64,000 bases of DNA, from NCBI GenBank assembly GCA_965209055.1, contig OZ242374.1, positions 4,192,001 to 4,256,000 on the forward strand, given 5' to 3'. Of the stretch, positions 21,767-31,546 are shown piece after piece. The position numbers and the translations under genes were made by a program. Under the pieces are notes generated by a model. It saw nothing but the letters and a program-made list of their open reading frames with translations. It searched no databases and had not been told where the DNA came from. Source of the DNA: Acidobacteriota bacterium. Its GTDB lineage: Bacteria > Acidobacteriota > UBA6911 > RPQK01 > JAJDTT01. The number at the start of each line of letters is the position of its first letter. The first letter of the stretch is position 1.

Positions 21767-23281
21767 TTAATATTCGTAAGCAACGCCTGCTGAAAGAGTG
21801 TTTTCCTTGTTCTCCCTGGAGAGGCCCAATGTCCTCCAGCTATGTCCGAATTTTCCGACGAATCCACGAGCGAACCGGTAGTTGAAGCCAAGCGTCCAGC
21901 TCTCCCGGTCCCACCGGGGGTTCTTGAATATGACCGGCTCCACTTCGTCCATGCTGTCGACCTGGTCGTAACGGACGAACAGGTCGAGCGGTCCGGGATT
22001 GAAGCGGAGACCGCGCCTGAGCCAGCCGGATATGTCGTAGCCGAACTCGACGTAGATCGACTCGGCGGCCTTGGCCACGGGGGAGCGGACGACGCCCAAA
22101 TTGTTGGACAGGCGCCGGTTGGATCGCGACAGCAGGTCGGAATTTCCTAGGACTCCACGGATATATTCCCCGCGCAGGGTGATGGGACCGGTCTCCCAGG
22201 TCCCAAACACCGAGCCGATGTTCACGTGCACGTCGTAGTCGACGTCATCCTTCGGACGATTCTCGGCCGTGTTGCCGCGGTAAAAAGAGACGCCGACCAT
22301 GCTGTTGCCGGTCGGGTGGTAGTTCACATTGAAGACGTAGGCGGGACTCTCGGCCACTTTGTATTCGAACCGCTCTTGAAACCCGCCCCGGATCCAGTTC
22401 GCCGAACTGAATCCCGTGGAGTCCAAGCCATTGACGAACTGCGCCTGGTATTCCAGATAGGTGTTACCGAAAAGCCCGATCTCGCCGAAAATACCGACGC
22501 CGTTTTCGTGCCACGTGACGGGAATCAGCGGGCTGGCCGTCGCATCGCGAGCAGCGGTGAAGTATTCGGACGGCAGGTGGCGTTGGTTGAGCAAACCCAC
22601 AGGAAGGATCAAGTGCCCGAATTTCAGGCTCAGAGGCCGGGAAAACAGGATCTCGGCGTGTGCCTTTTCCAGTTCGACTTCACCGCCTTTTTCAATCTCC
22701 TGTTCGAATTCCCCGAACTCCTCGAAGACGTCGAACTCCATGGCGGCTCCGACGCCCCCATGCTCAATAGCCACTTCCACCTCAACCTTGAACTTGTCGA
22801 AGGGCTGGTATTCGGCTTCGACCAAGATCCGTTCGACATCGGTTCTCGCCCGGCGGTCGGCATGAGTTTCCCAGTCGTAGCTTTCGAAAAAGATGGTCCC
22901 GTAGCCTGAAAACTCCCATTTGGAATCGGCGTCGCCCTTGACGTCCTCCTTGACGGGGGGACCGGGCTTTCTCTCGGCCAATTCTCTGTCGGGCCGGCGC
23001 GGAGCGGGCGTCTCTTGGGTCGGGTGCTCGACCATTCCCTCCACCTGTTTTCGGAGTTCATCCAGCGCCTGTTGCAGAGCGTGGATCTGCTCTTGTTGCG
23101 CTTCGATGATCTGAAGCAATTCCTCAGGATCGGAAATCTTCCGGCTGTCCGGCTCTTCATTTGAGATCGGCGTCTCTCGTTTCTCCTCCGGCGGTGCGGC
23201 AGCCTGAAGTGTCGCAAGGAGCAGAAGAAGGCTCGCCGTTCCCAATACACTCGCCCTCGCCAACGTCTTCTCTCGAACCAT
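21767..23281 (-). CDS. Outer-membrane porin-like beta-barrel of the iron-uptake operon
   Basis: Signal peptide, coiled coil, EHGG...EKGGEVELE, PVGLLNQRHLP; C-terminal aromatic residue (VAYEY). Confidence 0.85.
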   Translation of the reverse strand: MVREKTLARASVLGTASLLLLLATLQAAAPPEEKRETPISNEEPDSRKISDPEELLQIIEAQQEQIHALQQALDELRKQVEGMVEHPTQETPAPRRPDRELAERKPGPPVKEDVKGDADSKWEFSGYGTIFFESYDWETHADRRARTDVERILVEAEYQPFDKFKVEVEVAIEHGGVGAAMEFDVFEEFGEFEQEIEKGGEVELEKAHAEILFSRPLSLKFGHLILPVGLLNQRHLPSEYFTAARDATASPLIPVTWHENGVGIFGEIGLFGNTYLEYQAQFVNGLDSTGFSSANWIRGGFQERFEYKVAESPAYVFNVNYHPTGNSMVGVSFYRGNTAENRPKDDVDYDVHVNIGSVFGTWETGPITLRGEYIRGVLGNSDLLSRSNRRLSNNLGVVRSPVAKAAESIYVEFGYDISGWLRRGLRFNPGPLDLFVRYDQVDSMDEVEPVIFKNPRWDRESWTLGFNYRFARGFVGKFGHSWRTLGLSRENKENTLSAGVAYEY

Positions 23282-23417
23282 GCGTTTACCTTTATTTGGA
23301 TGAGCCGCGAGCAGCGGAAAAGACCACTTACAGCAATACTCTCCGCGTGCCTCCCACAAATTCGCCGAGTCTCGGACGGATTCCCATGACAGGAGGCTTT
23401 TCGGCTGAATTCTCGAT

Positions 23418-23499
23418 GAAAATGAAATGCAATTTCACTAAGGGTGCCCATAGTAGGAAGTTCTTCGGTCAAGTACAAGTGAAATTGAAATCCTATTTC
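23418..23499 (-). promoter_or_regulatory. Sigma70-like promoter flanked by two Fur-like boxes
   Basis: Minus strand TTGTAC(23478-73)-N17-TACTAT(23455-50); boxes GAAAATGAAATGCAATTTC (13/19 to Fur consensus) and GAAATTGAAATCCTATTTC (11/19). Confidence 0.65.
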
Positions 23500-23702
23500 A
23501 ACTGTAAACGGGCACTTTCCCTGCGGGGCGGCGACCGCCGGCCGCGATGATCAAACGAAAAGCTTCGGCATTTCCAACCGCCGAAACTCCCAATGGGGCC
23601 CGGGGCAGGCGTAAAGGATGGAATGAAATCACCGACGAGCGGACGACGGCGCGACTGGAAATCTCCACTCCGTGTCAGCGGCCGGGTGATCGGACGAGAT
23701 GC

Positions 23703-26210
23703 TTATCGGACTTGAAATCCGTACAGATCAGCCTTCCGGACGTAAAACCGGAGACGAACCGGCTGGCCCCGCAGCGCTGAAAGATTCGACTTTTCGCGCC
23801 ACATGACCTCTTGCCGGGTGCTGTCGAAGGTCTCAATAAGGCAATCCTCGCGGCCATAGCCGGGCAGGGGACGGCCCTCTTCGTCCAGGACCTCTACCGT
23901 TACTCGACCCGCGCCGGCCGCGGCGTTCACCGTCAGACGGTTTCCCTGGAAGATCAATGGATGGGTCGTCAAGACACCTTCCTGCTCCCCAGCCTGTCTG
24001 GACGCGAACCCATTGGTCCGAAACTCCACGCGAAACGGCACGATCTCGTACTCCCAGCTTTTCTCGACGTGGTTACCGCGATTTTGCCCCGTGTGCGTCT
24101 CCAGCTCGGCCCAGAAGGCCTCCCGCACCTCCTCCATGGTCGGGTTGCACTGCGGCCGCCGCCAGCTCCAGATGCAGTCGTACATGGCCCATCCCGACCC
24201 CACCGGCGCCGGCGGGGACAGGTAGGGCCGTCCGTTGTAGGTCTTCTCGTCATAGATCTCGGAAGCCGGCACCGGAGGATCATCCAATCCTCCCCGCAAC
24301 CGGTTCAGGATCCAGGCGTTGAAATGCAGCGTGTTGGTCCCGTGGTAGAACGCCTCTGACCGGTCTCCATCCACCGGACCGTCGATGAGGCTGTAGACGA
24401 TCCCATGATCGAAGCTGCCATCGGGTCCGTTGGGGATCCAGGCCTGGTCCCCGCCCACGTCCTCCCAGTGGATCCCGTTCCGGCTCACCCAGATGTGGAC
24501 GTCCATCTGCTGCGTCTCGCAGTCGTAGAGCGGAAAGAACGCCACGTAGAGGTCGCCGATCTGCTTTACCCGCTGCATTCCGTAGCTCTGGTGTTTCGGA
24601 TGCTCCCGGGGCGGCGCCCAGATGTAGCTCCGGTGCCAGTTCACGCCGTCCCGCGTGGTCATGCGCCCCAGGTTCCGCGAGACCGCCCACTTGTTGTCGT
24701 AGCGCACCAGCCCCCGCCCCATGGCCGGAGGATGCGGCGCGAAGTACAACACCAGCTCACCTGTCCGCTCGTCGTAAAACATGGGCCCCAGGTTGTCGTT
24801 GGGGTTGTCCAACGATTCCAACTGCGAGTGATGCCGCATGAAGGGCCGTTCCGTGGTGAGATACCGGATCCCATCCGAGTCCGTGACCATGAGATACGTC
24901 CCCCGGAGGAAGAACATGTCTTCGGTCTTGGGGGTGTAGACCATGGTGGCGGTCCGAAGATCGGGCACCCCGCGAGTCCGGTAGTCCCAAAGTCCCCCGA
25001 AACTGCCCCTCGCTTCCATGTTGCTTCCGCGGGGAATGACCTCCAGGATGTTGTTGGCCCGGGATCCCTCGAACTCCACCAGGCCCAGATCCGGTTTGGT
25101 CCAACGCACGCCGTCACTGGAGACGGCCAGCAACCGGTGGCGGGGATTGAGGCTGTTGTATTCCAGTTCGTAACGATTCTTGTTTTCGTTGAATTCGTAT
25201 CTCGAGCCGACGGGGACCATGACCGCGTGCCCCTCCCAGGGCCGGTCCGCCCGGACGAGCGGCTGGCTGTCCAGCTTGCGGGCCGGATGGAAGACCCTCT
25301 TCAGATTCTGCTGTTCGTCGATCAGGAAGTCGTCCAGGAACAATTGGGGGGCCACCGGGATCTCGATGGGCGGCTCCGGTTTGGGCGGCGGCCCGTTCCG
25401 GAACACGTAAAGAGCCCGGCGGACGCCGTCGTCCCAGAGGTGCCCGTCGATCCGGGGCCGGACTCGAACGTGATATGTCTGAGGCTCCAGGTCCGTCAGG
25501 TCGAATGACACCCCGACCTTGTCCCGGGTCAGGCGGACCGGGCTGGAGGAGGATCTGAGGACACCGGTCCGGGCTTCCACAATATCCACTTCGACGGCCA
25601 GCTCGGTGACCGGTGCGCCCTTTTCCAGCCAGAGATCGATCTTGGCCGCGTTGTCGTCGATGTAGGCCAAGCGGTCCAGATCCGCTCCCACCCAGGTCTG
25701 GACGGGGAGACGCAGGTCGGTGGTGAACAGGGTCTTGCCGTCCTGCACCCGACGCGCCATGACGGTGACGAGATACTTGCCCGCGTCCTGCGTATCGACC
25801 CACCAGCCGGTGCGCAAGGGACGCCAACTTCTGGCCTGGGGACCCTTTCGGGTGTAGGCGGGGATCGGACGATAGGGCCCATGGGCCAGCAGCGGACCCA
25901 GATCGAAACTGTGCCGAGTGGCTTCCGGGCTCGGTTCCAGCAGTCGGCGCAAGGTCCGAGCCCCTCCCGCCGGGTATCCGACGGACACCTGAAGCTCGAC
26001 GGCCTCCGTGGCGCCGTATTGGAACTCGAGCCGGTGACCGGCCTCGCCGGCGAAGGCCAACTTGAATCCGGATGGGCCTGGTCCCTCTGCTTTCGGCTGC
26101 ACGAGATAGGGGGTCAGATCCACAGCGGCGGTCGGATCCTGGGATCGGACATCCTGCGCGAGACCCAGACAGACCAGGATCGGAGCCAAAAACCAACGGG
26201 TGTTTGTCAT
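23703..26210 (-). CDS. Secreted protein with GH32/GH130-like beta-propeller and C-terminal beta-sandwich
   Basis: Signal peptide; QLFLDD, DRPWEG, SSDGVRWTKP, TRDGVNW, SRNGIHW Asp-box-like motifs; paralogous to 38754-40331. Confidence 0.8.
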   Translation of the reverse strand: MTNTRWFLAPILVCLGLAQDVRSQDPTAAVDLTPYLVQPKAEGPGPSGFKLAFAGEAGHRLEFQYGATEAVELQVSVGYPAGGARTLRRLLEPSPEATRHSFDLGPLLAHGPYRPIPAYTRKGPQARSWRPLRTGWWVDTQDAGKYLVTVMARRVQDGKTLFTTDLRLPVQTWVGADLDRLAYIDDNAAKIDLWLEKGAPVTELAVEVDIVEARTGVLRSSSSPVRLTRDKVGVSFDLTDLEPQTYHVRVRPRIDGHLWDDGVRRALYVFRNGPPPKPEPPIEIPVAPQLFLDDFLIDEQQNLKRVFHPARKLDSQPLVRADRPWEGHAVMVPVGSRYEFNENKNRYELEYNSLNPRHRLLAVSSDGVRWTKPDLGLVEFEGSRANNILEVIPRGSNMEARGSFGGLWDYRTRGVPDLRTATMVYTPKTEDMFFLRGTYLMVTDSDGIRYLTTERPFMRHHSQLESLDNPNDNLGPMFYDERTGELVLYFAPHPPAMGRGLVRYDNKWAVSRNLGRMTTRDGVNWHRSYIWAPPREHPKHQSYGMQRVKQIGDLYVAFFPLYDCETQQMDVHIWVSRNGIHWEDVGGDQAWIPNGPDGSFDHGIVYSLIDGPVDGDRSEAFYHGTNTLHFNAWILNRLRGGLDDPPVPASEIYDEKTYNGRPYLSPPAPVGSGWAMYDCIWSWRRPQCNPTMEEVREAFWAELETHTGQNRGNHVEKSWEYEIVPFRVEFRTNGFASRQAGEQEGVLTTHPLIFQGNRLTVNAAAGAGRVTVEVLDEEGRPLPGYGREDCLIETFDSTRQEVMWREKSNLSALRGQPVRLRFYVRKADLYGFQVR

Positions 26211-26513
26211 TATTACGGTGCCTCCGCGGAGTGTTGTGCCTTGGGATTCGGCAATCCGGCCTCGGAATATTTCCGCGGCGAACGTCCCCCGGTAACGGGA
26301 CCGGGGCGTGGCTAGCCGGACCAAGTGCGATAGCTGAGCATTCTAGCCCTTCTCCGGCGGAGGGGCCATGACGCGGGAAGTATCGATGTTTCAAGTCGTG
26401 GGTGCGGTGTCCGCCCAACTTCGCACTCTGTAGTGACAACAGCGAAAACCCGGTCCAGGGATCGACCAATCCACAATCGACACGGAGCCCGTGCAACCAT
26501 ATCCTGTGTCGAT

Positions 26514-26742
26514 ATGAAACCTAACTCTCTCGGTTGATGCCGCCGTCGCTGTACGGGCCCGAAAAGCGGCTGCTGCCCTGGGACTGAGCTTGAATCAAGC
26601 CGTACGGAATTATCTCATCGATCTCGCTGGCTGCTCGTCGCGGGAGGTCGTTGCCGCCGAGGTGGCTCGCCTGTCACATCAAGCCCACGGTGACCGGGCA
26701 GATTGGAAATTCGACCGCGAGCAGATTCAAGAGCGCCCGTAG
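26514..26742 (+). pseudogene. RHH-type (DUF6364-like) antitoxin with +1 frameshift after the start codon
   Basis: ATGAAACCTAACT; removing one A gives MNLTLSVDAAVAVRARKAAAALGLSLNQAVRNYL...WKFDREQIQERP. Confidence 0.7.
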
Positions 26743-26950
26743 TTTCCTGGACACGAACGTACTGGTCTGCATTGACGACGCTTTCGGACCCCGCAAGCAA
26801 AGGCAGGCACTTGAACTCTACCGCAAGTGTTGCACGACCGGTCGCGCCGCCTTGGCAACCAATTGTTCGGTGCTGTATTCGGAGGATCTCCAGCACGGAT
26901 TCAAGACAAACGGCCTGCAGATCCGGAATCCCTTCACCGAAACGGCGTAA
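26729..26950 (+). pseudogene. PIN/VapC toxin, start codon lost and internally deleted
   Basis: SFLDTNVLV...KQRQALEL joined directly to ALATNCSVLYSEDLQHG...IRNPF; about 73 codons versus about 140 expected. Confidence 0.8.
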
Positions 26951-27022
26951 TCGCTCCCTCTCTCCGCCGCTTGTGGGCGACAACATTGTCTTCTGCACGC
27001 TCCAATCGGGTAGGCTTTAGCG

Positions 27023-28498
27023 ATGCTGTTGGGCAAGACGATCCTCTCATTGCTGCTTTTCACATGCGCTGCCATCGCGTCGGACTGGACGCGGTTCAGG
27101 GGGCCGAACGGAACCGGAGTCGCTGAAGAGGGCCCGCTGCCCGTGGCCTTCGGACCCGGGTCCAACGTGATCTGGGAGACGAGTCTGCCTCCGGGCAAAT
27201 CCTCTCCGATCCTGACGGACAGCAGAATCTTCCTGACGGCCCACGATGGGGACAGGCTCCTCACCATCGCCCTCGACCGCTCGACCGGCCAGGAGGTCTG
27301 GCGCCGGGCCGCGCCCTCCAGAAGAGTCGAGCGGATGCACCGGCTGAACGACGAGGCCGCGCCGACTCCGGTCACCGACGGGACCAACGTCTACGCGTTC
27401 TTCGGCGGGTATGGGCTCGTCGCCTACGGTCCGGACGGAACCGAACTCTGGACGCTGCCCATGGGGCCGTTCTCTAATTTTCACGGCATGGGGTCCTCCC
27501 CGATCCTGGTCGACGGGAAGCTGGTCCAAGTCTGCGACCAGGACCTCGACGCCTTTGTCGTCGCAGTGGATCCAGCCGGCGGAAAGATTCTCTGGAAGCA
27601 GGCGCGGCCCGACTTCGTGCACAGCTTCTCGACGCCCGTGGTCCACGAACGCGGGCAGGGAAGACCCGAGATCATCGTCCCGGGGTCTTACCGCATGACC
27701 GGCTACGCGACGGACGGCCGCGAACTGTGGCGGCTCGACGGACTGACCTACCAGGTCAAATCCGTGCCGGTCGTCGCCGGGGACCGGCTTTACTTCAACG
27801 GGTGGGCTCCCGGGGGAGAACCGGACGTCCGCCTCGAGTTGCCGCCGTTTGAGGAGATGCGGGACCGGTTCGACACGAACGGCGATTCGGAGTTGACCAA
27901 GCAGGAGATCCCCTCGGAATGGCTGCCCCGCGGTTGGGAGATGCACGACCGGAACAAGAACGGCACCATGGACGCACGGGACTGGGCGCACTACCGGGCC
28001 CGCCGGATCTCCGAGAACGGGTGCATGGCCATTCGCCTCGGCGGCCGGGGGAACGTGACCAAGTCTCACCTGCTCTGGCGTCATCAGAAGTCGCTGCCCG
28101 ACGTCGCTTCACCGATTCTCTATCGCGGTGTGCTCTACCTCGTGCGTAACGGCGGCATCGTGACGGCTTTGGATCCGGATAGCGGAAAGGTCCTCAAACA
28201 GGGCAGGCTGCAGGAAGCTCTGGACGGCTTCTACGCTTCTCCCGTGGCCGGGGACGGCAAGATCTACATGGTGAGCGACGCCGGGAAAGCCGTGGTGTTG
28301 GAACCCGGGCGCGACTGGAAGGTGCTGCAGACCAACGACCTGAACGAGGACGTGTACGCGACACCGGCGATTACCGGCGGGCGTCTCTTCATTCGAACGC
28401 AGAGCCGGCTCTATTGTTTCGGCGCGCGTGACGAGATTGCGAGGGGTGGGAGGGGGGACAGTCTTGTCCCCCATTCACCTCGTTCTGACCCCCGATGA
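27023..28498 (+). CDS. PQQ-binding-like (BamB-type) beta-propeller protein with EF-hand-like insert
   Basis: WTRFRGPNGTG, SSPIL, YASPVAGDG, ATPAI; DTNGDSELTKQE and DRNKNGTMDARD loops. Confidence 0.9.
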   Translation: MLLGKTILSLLLFTCAAIASDWTRFRGPNGTGVAEEGPLPVAFGPGSNVIWETSLPPGKSSPILTDSRIFLTAHDGDRLLTIALDRSTGQEVWRRAAPSRRVERMHRLNDEAAPTPVTDGTNVYAFFGGYGLVAYGPDGTELWTLPMGPFSNFHGMGSSPILVDGKLVQVCDQDLDAFVVAVDPAGGKILWKQARPDFVHSFSTPVVHERGQGRPEIIVPGSYRMTGYATDGRELWRLDGLTYQVKSVPVVAGDRLYFNGWAPGGEPDVRLELPPFEEMRDRFDTNGDSELTKQEIPSEWLPRGWEMHDRNKNGTMDARDWAHYRARRISENGCMAIRLGGRGNVTKSHLLWRHQKSLPDVASPILYRGVLYLVRNGGIVTALDPDSGKVLKQGRLQEALDGFYASPVAGDGKIYMVSDAGKAVVLEPGRDWKVLQTNDLNEDVYATPAITGGRLFIRTQSRLYCFGARDEIARGGRGDSLVPHSPRSDPR

Positions 28499-28567
28499 TG
28501 TTCGGAAATTCGGCGGCTGACGGCAAAGCGGGTTCCGCCGCAACGTCCCAAATTCAGGCCTTTACAA

Positions 28568-29329
28568 CTAGAAACGATATCCGACCCCCAATTCCAGAGA
28601 TTGGGAGGCGGCCGTGTCGAGATACGCACCAACGAACGAGTAGCCCGCCCGCAAGACAACGCGCGGCGCCAGGCTCACCAGCACACCCGCACGGAGATTC
28701 AATGGCAGGATAGATACCATGTCCCTGGACTCCACAAATTCTTCAGAGCGGACAAGGATGCGGTTTCCATCCGGTTTCTCCTGTTCTTGAGCCGGTTGAT
28801 ACCTGATCAGTTGGCGCTGTTGCTCGAACCCAAGGCCGCCGCCGATGTAGGTTGAGAATCGATCCCTTCTCCACAGCCAGACGACGGATGGCAGAACGGA
28901 AATCAGTCTCTGCGTCGTAACGTCGTTGTTCTGAATCCCCGGATTCTGTCTGTAGAACTCTGTGAATGGATGGTAGGTGTATCGATTGTGAGGCCCTTCG
29001 TTGACTTCCAGATGGCTCGTGACGCCATCGATCATCAGCGCCCACTTCGATCCCAGAGGCAACAGGCCACCGACCCCGATTTGTGGTTTCCATTCCCCGC
29101 CTTTCAACACGTGCGATGTATTCCCAAAATAGTAAGCGCCTGTTAATCCGTAGATCTCTATTGCGGGATCCCTCTGTTGCGCACAGAGCGGCCCCCAACT
29201 GAAGAGTTGCAACGTTGCCGCAAGGGCGAAAAGGTACGGACGCCACGGAGTCGACCGCAGCGAGGGTATCAGTCCCATCGTTGAGAATTTGGTGAAACGT
29301 TTTCCGGGGTTTCGGGGGATGTTTTTCAT
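28568..29329 (-). CDS. Outer-membrane beta-barrel protein (OmpA/OmpW-like)
   Basis: Signal peptide; YIGGGLG; C-terminal LGVGYRF; lower GC than neighbours; start uncertain. Confidence 0.7.
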   Translation of the reverse strand: MKNIPRNPGKRFTKFSTMGLIPSLRSTPWRPYLFALAATLQLFSWGPLCAQQRDPAIEIYGLTGAYYFGNTSHVLKGGEWKPQIGVGGLLPLGSKWALMIDGVTSHLEVNEGPHNRYTYHPFTEFYRQNPGIQNNDVTTQRLISVLPSVVWLWRRDRFSTYIGGGLGFEQQRQLIRYQPAQEQEKPDGNRILVRSEEFVESRDMVSILPLNLRAGVLVSLAPRVVLRAGYSFVGAYLDTAASQSLELGVGYRF

Positions 29330-29610
29330 GGCGTCTCCAAGCTCACTGAAGACAAATGTGTTTTTTTCTCCGGAAAGGGCTCACCGGGCAAAAAATTAAT
29401 GGGATCGAGCGGCTCAGGACTGATCCACTCCTTCGAGGTCTGACAATTTCGACGGCCACTTTCCTGCATCCGTACATGGTCGCCAGCATTCCCGTTGCTC
29501 TGACACTGAGAAATCTCGCCTGGACACGCATCCAAGATAGTGGTGGCAACAATCTTTAGGTTGCGTGATTCAAATTCCCGTCAATACAAGGCCGACGAAC
29601 CGCAGGGGGA

Positions 29611-29883
29611 GTGAATATGGAATCGAGACAAATTGTCAGGTTGGCTGATTGGTACAGCCGGGTGGTGTTTGGGGTGATTGAGGTAGCACTCGCAATCCTG
29701 GCGGGCCAAGGGGCGTGTTCGATGGAACCGGTCGCGCGCGCACAGTCCGGGCCATGCGGGTCACCGGATCAACCGTGCTTCGTTCGGATTCCGGCTCTTG
29801 AAGATATGATCCAGGTTGATCACCCGCACCGACAACCCAGGTTGAGAGTTCACGTGGTCAATCGAGTGAATACCTCCAAATGA
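29611..29883 (+). CDS. Small hypothetical membrane/secreted protein
   Basis: AGGGGGAG RBS; one hydrophobic segment; CGSPDQPC. Confidence 0.4.
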   Translation: MNMESRQIVRLADWYSRVVFGVIEVALAILAGQGACSMEPVARAQSGPCGSPDQPCFVRIPALEDMIQVDHPHRQPRLRVHVVNRVNTSK

Positions 29884-30132
29884 GAACTCCGGATCAGCTA
29901 GGGAACTGTCCCTTCTCTGTCCAGAGTTCCGCGCGGTCCCGAGCCATTCCACGAAGCCCAGAGGAAGGGCCTACCGCGGCTCTGTTTTCTCTTCCATGCC
30001 TATGGCGATATTTCGGGGGCTTGACGGCAATTTCAGGGCGGAGAGGACGGACGATGATGCAACCGCACGGGCGCCCATGCTTTCGAGCTCCATTGTGAAA
30101 ATTGGTCACGCGGGGGTTAACAACCCCCGCTC

Positions 30133-31254
30133 CTAATACGACAGCGACCGGGAATCGAGCCGGTGGATCGTCGCCGCTTTCATGGCGTCCCAGTCGACTT
30201 CCACCCCCAGGCCGGGCCCCGATGGCGCGACGACATGTCCGTCGGGACCGGTGCGGATCACGTCGTGCATCCCGTATTCGTACGGTTCCCACGGGACCGC
30301 CTGCTCGAAATAGGTGCTCAGTCCGGTCCCCAGCATCAGGTGGAGGTTGGCGGCGGAGACCAGCGTGGTGCCCCAGGCCATGACCTCGCAGCGCATACCC
30401 GCGGCTTTCGCTGCGGCCAGGTACTTCCGGCCCCCTGTGAAGCCGCCGGCGACTGCGACGTCGGTCCGGGCCGCCGTCCAACATTGGGTCGCCACTGCGT
30501 GTTTGAATGCCGTCAGGTCCTGAAGCCAATTCCCCGAGGGAATGACCGGAACCCCAACGCTCTGGGTCAGCTCGCGATAACCCGGCAGGTCGTAGTCAAA
30601 CAGAGGAGCTTCGAACCAGGTGAATCCCAAGTCGTGCAGCTCTGCGCCGACCCGCTTGGCGCTCTGCAGGTCGTAGTTGTTTTCCGCGTCCAACATGAAG
30701 GCCACACCGTCGCCGAATTCCTTGCGGGCGGCGCGGGCCAGCTCCAGGTCCTTTTCCGGAAGGCACCAGCAGTGGAACTTCACGGCCGAAAAGCCGCGCT
30801 CGATCATTTCTTCGATAAAGCGGAGGTACGTCGGCACGTCGTCCAGCATCGGCGTGCTGGCATACGATGGGATTCGATCCATTGCTCCTCCCAAGAGTTG
30901 ATAGAGGGGTTTTCCGGCGGCCTTTCCCCTCAAGTCCCACAACGCGATGTCGATGACGGACAGGGCTTGCGGCGGAAGGGGAAAGACCCGCGGCCACAGG
31001 CTTTTCCAGATCTCTTCCCGCGCCGTGGCGTCCCGGCCGACCACCGCGGGGATCAGGTGCCGCAATGTCTCGCAGGTGTAGCGATCAAAATCGTAGGACG
31101 TGCTGTTCCAAACGCCGCCGATGCCCTCATGGCCGTCCTTCGTCGTGATCCGGACGATGGTATGGGTCGTGTACTGCTCATCCAGGTCGTGCGACCACGT
31201 AAAGCGCTGAACTTTCGGCGCCACGACCATGACTTCGACACGTTCGATCTGCAT
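30133..31254 (-). CDS. Mandelate racemase/muconate lactonizing enzyme family protein
   Basis: IDIALWDLRGK..GKPLYQLLGG, MLDAE, WFEAP, PSGPGLGVEVD. Confidence 0.9.
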   Translation of the reverse strand: MQIERVEVMVVAPKVQRFTWSHDLDEQYTTHTIVRITTKDGHEGIGGVWNSTSYDFDRYTCETLRHLIPAVVGRDATAREEIWKSLWPRVFPLPPQALSVIDIALWDLRGKAAGKPLYQLLGGAMDRIPSYASTPMLDDVPTYLRFIEEMIERGFSAVKFHCWCLPEKDLELARAARKEFGDGVAFMLDAENNYDLQSAKRVGAELHDLGFTWFEAPLFDYDLPGYRELTQSVGVPVIPSGNWLQDLTAFKHAVATQCWTAARTDVAVAGGFTGGRKYLAAAKAAGMRCEVMAWGTTLVSAANLHLMLGTGLSTYFEQAVPWEPYEYGMHDVIRTGPDGHVVAPSGPGLGVEVDWDAMKAATIHRLDSRSLSY

Positions 31255-31393
31255 GAGGACCGTCCTCCGGGGGGGTGGGGGCTCTACCGTAACGGCGCTC
31301 GTACCGGCCACAACCGGCCCCTTCTCCCTCTGATCCTGTCACTCTTCCGATCAGGGTTCCTGGCGACGAAACGTTCTTGAAAACGCAGGACGA

Positions 31394-31546
31394 TGTCAAG
31401 GGAGCCCGCCCGGGGCCGGTGCTTGACACGCGGTAAAAAAGCGAACCTAATGCTCCGAAGCGTTCCTCAACGCACGGATGCCCGGAGCCGTTGCGGCAGC
31501 GCATGCTCCGGGCCGGTCACAACGGATCGAGGGGATCGACCATGCA
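31394..31546 (+). promoter_or_regulatory. Conserved promoter + structured leader, copy 1 (candidate cis-regulatory RNA)
   Basis: TGTCAAG-N21-CTTGACA, then a 77-nt core 73/77 identical to the copy at 34133-34057. Confidence 0.75.

Noticed and set aside
31470-31546. Canonical SAM/SAH or SAH riboswitch call
   Set aside because: Only partial motifs match; it lacks CUUCCUGGCGUGACC and the SAH 3' GCGCUC, so it is kept as an unassigned candidate.
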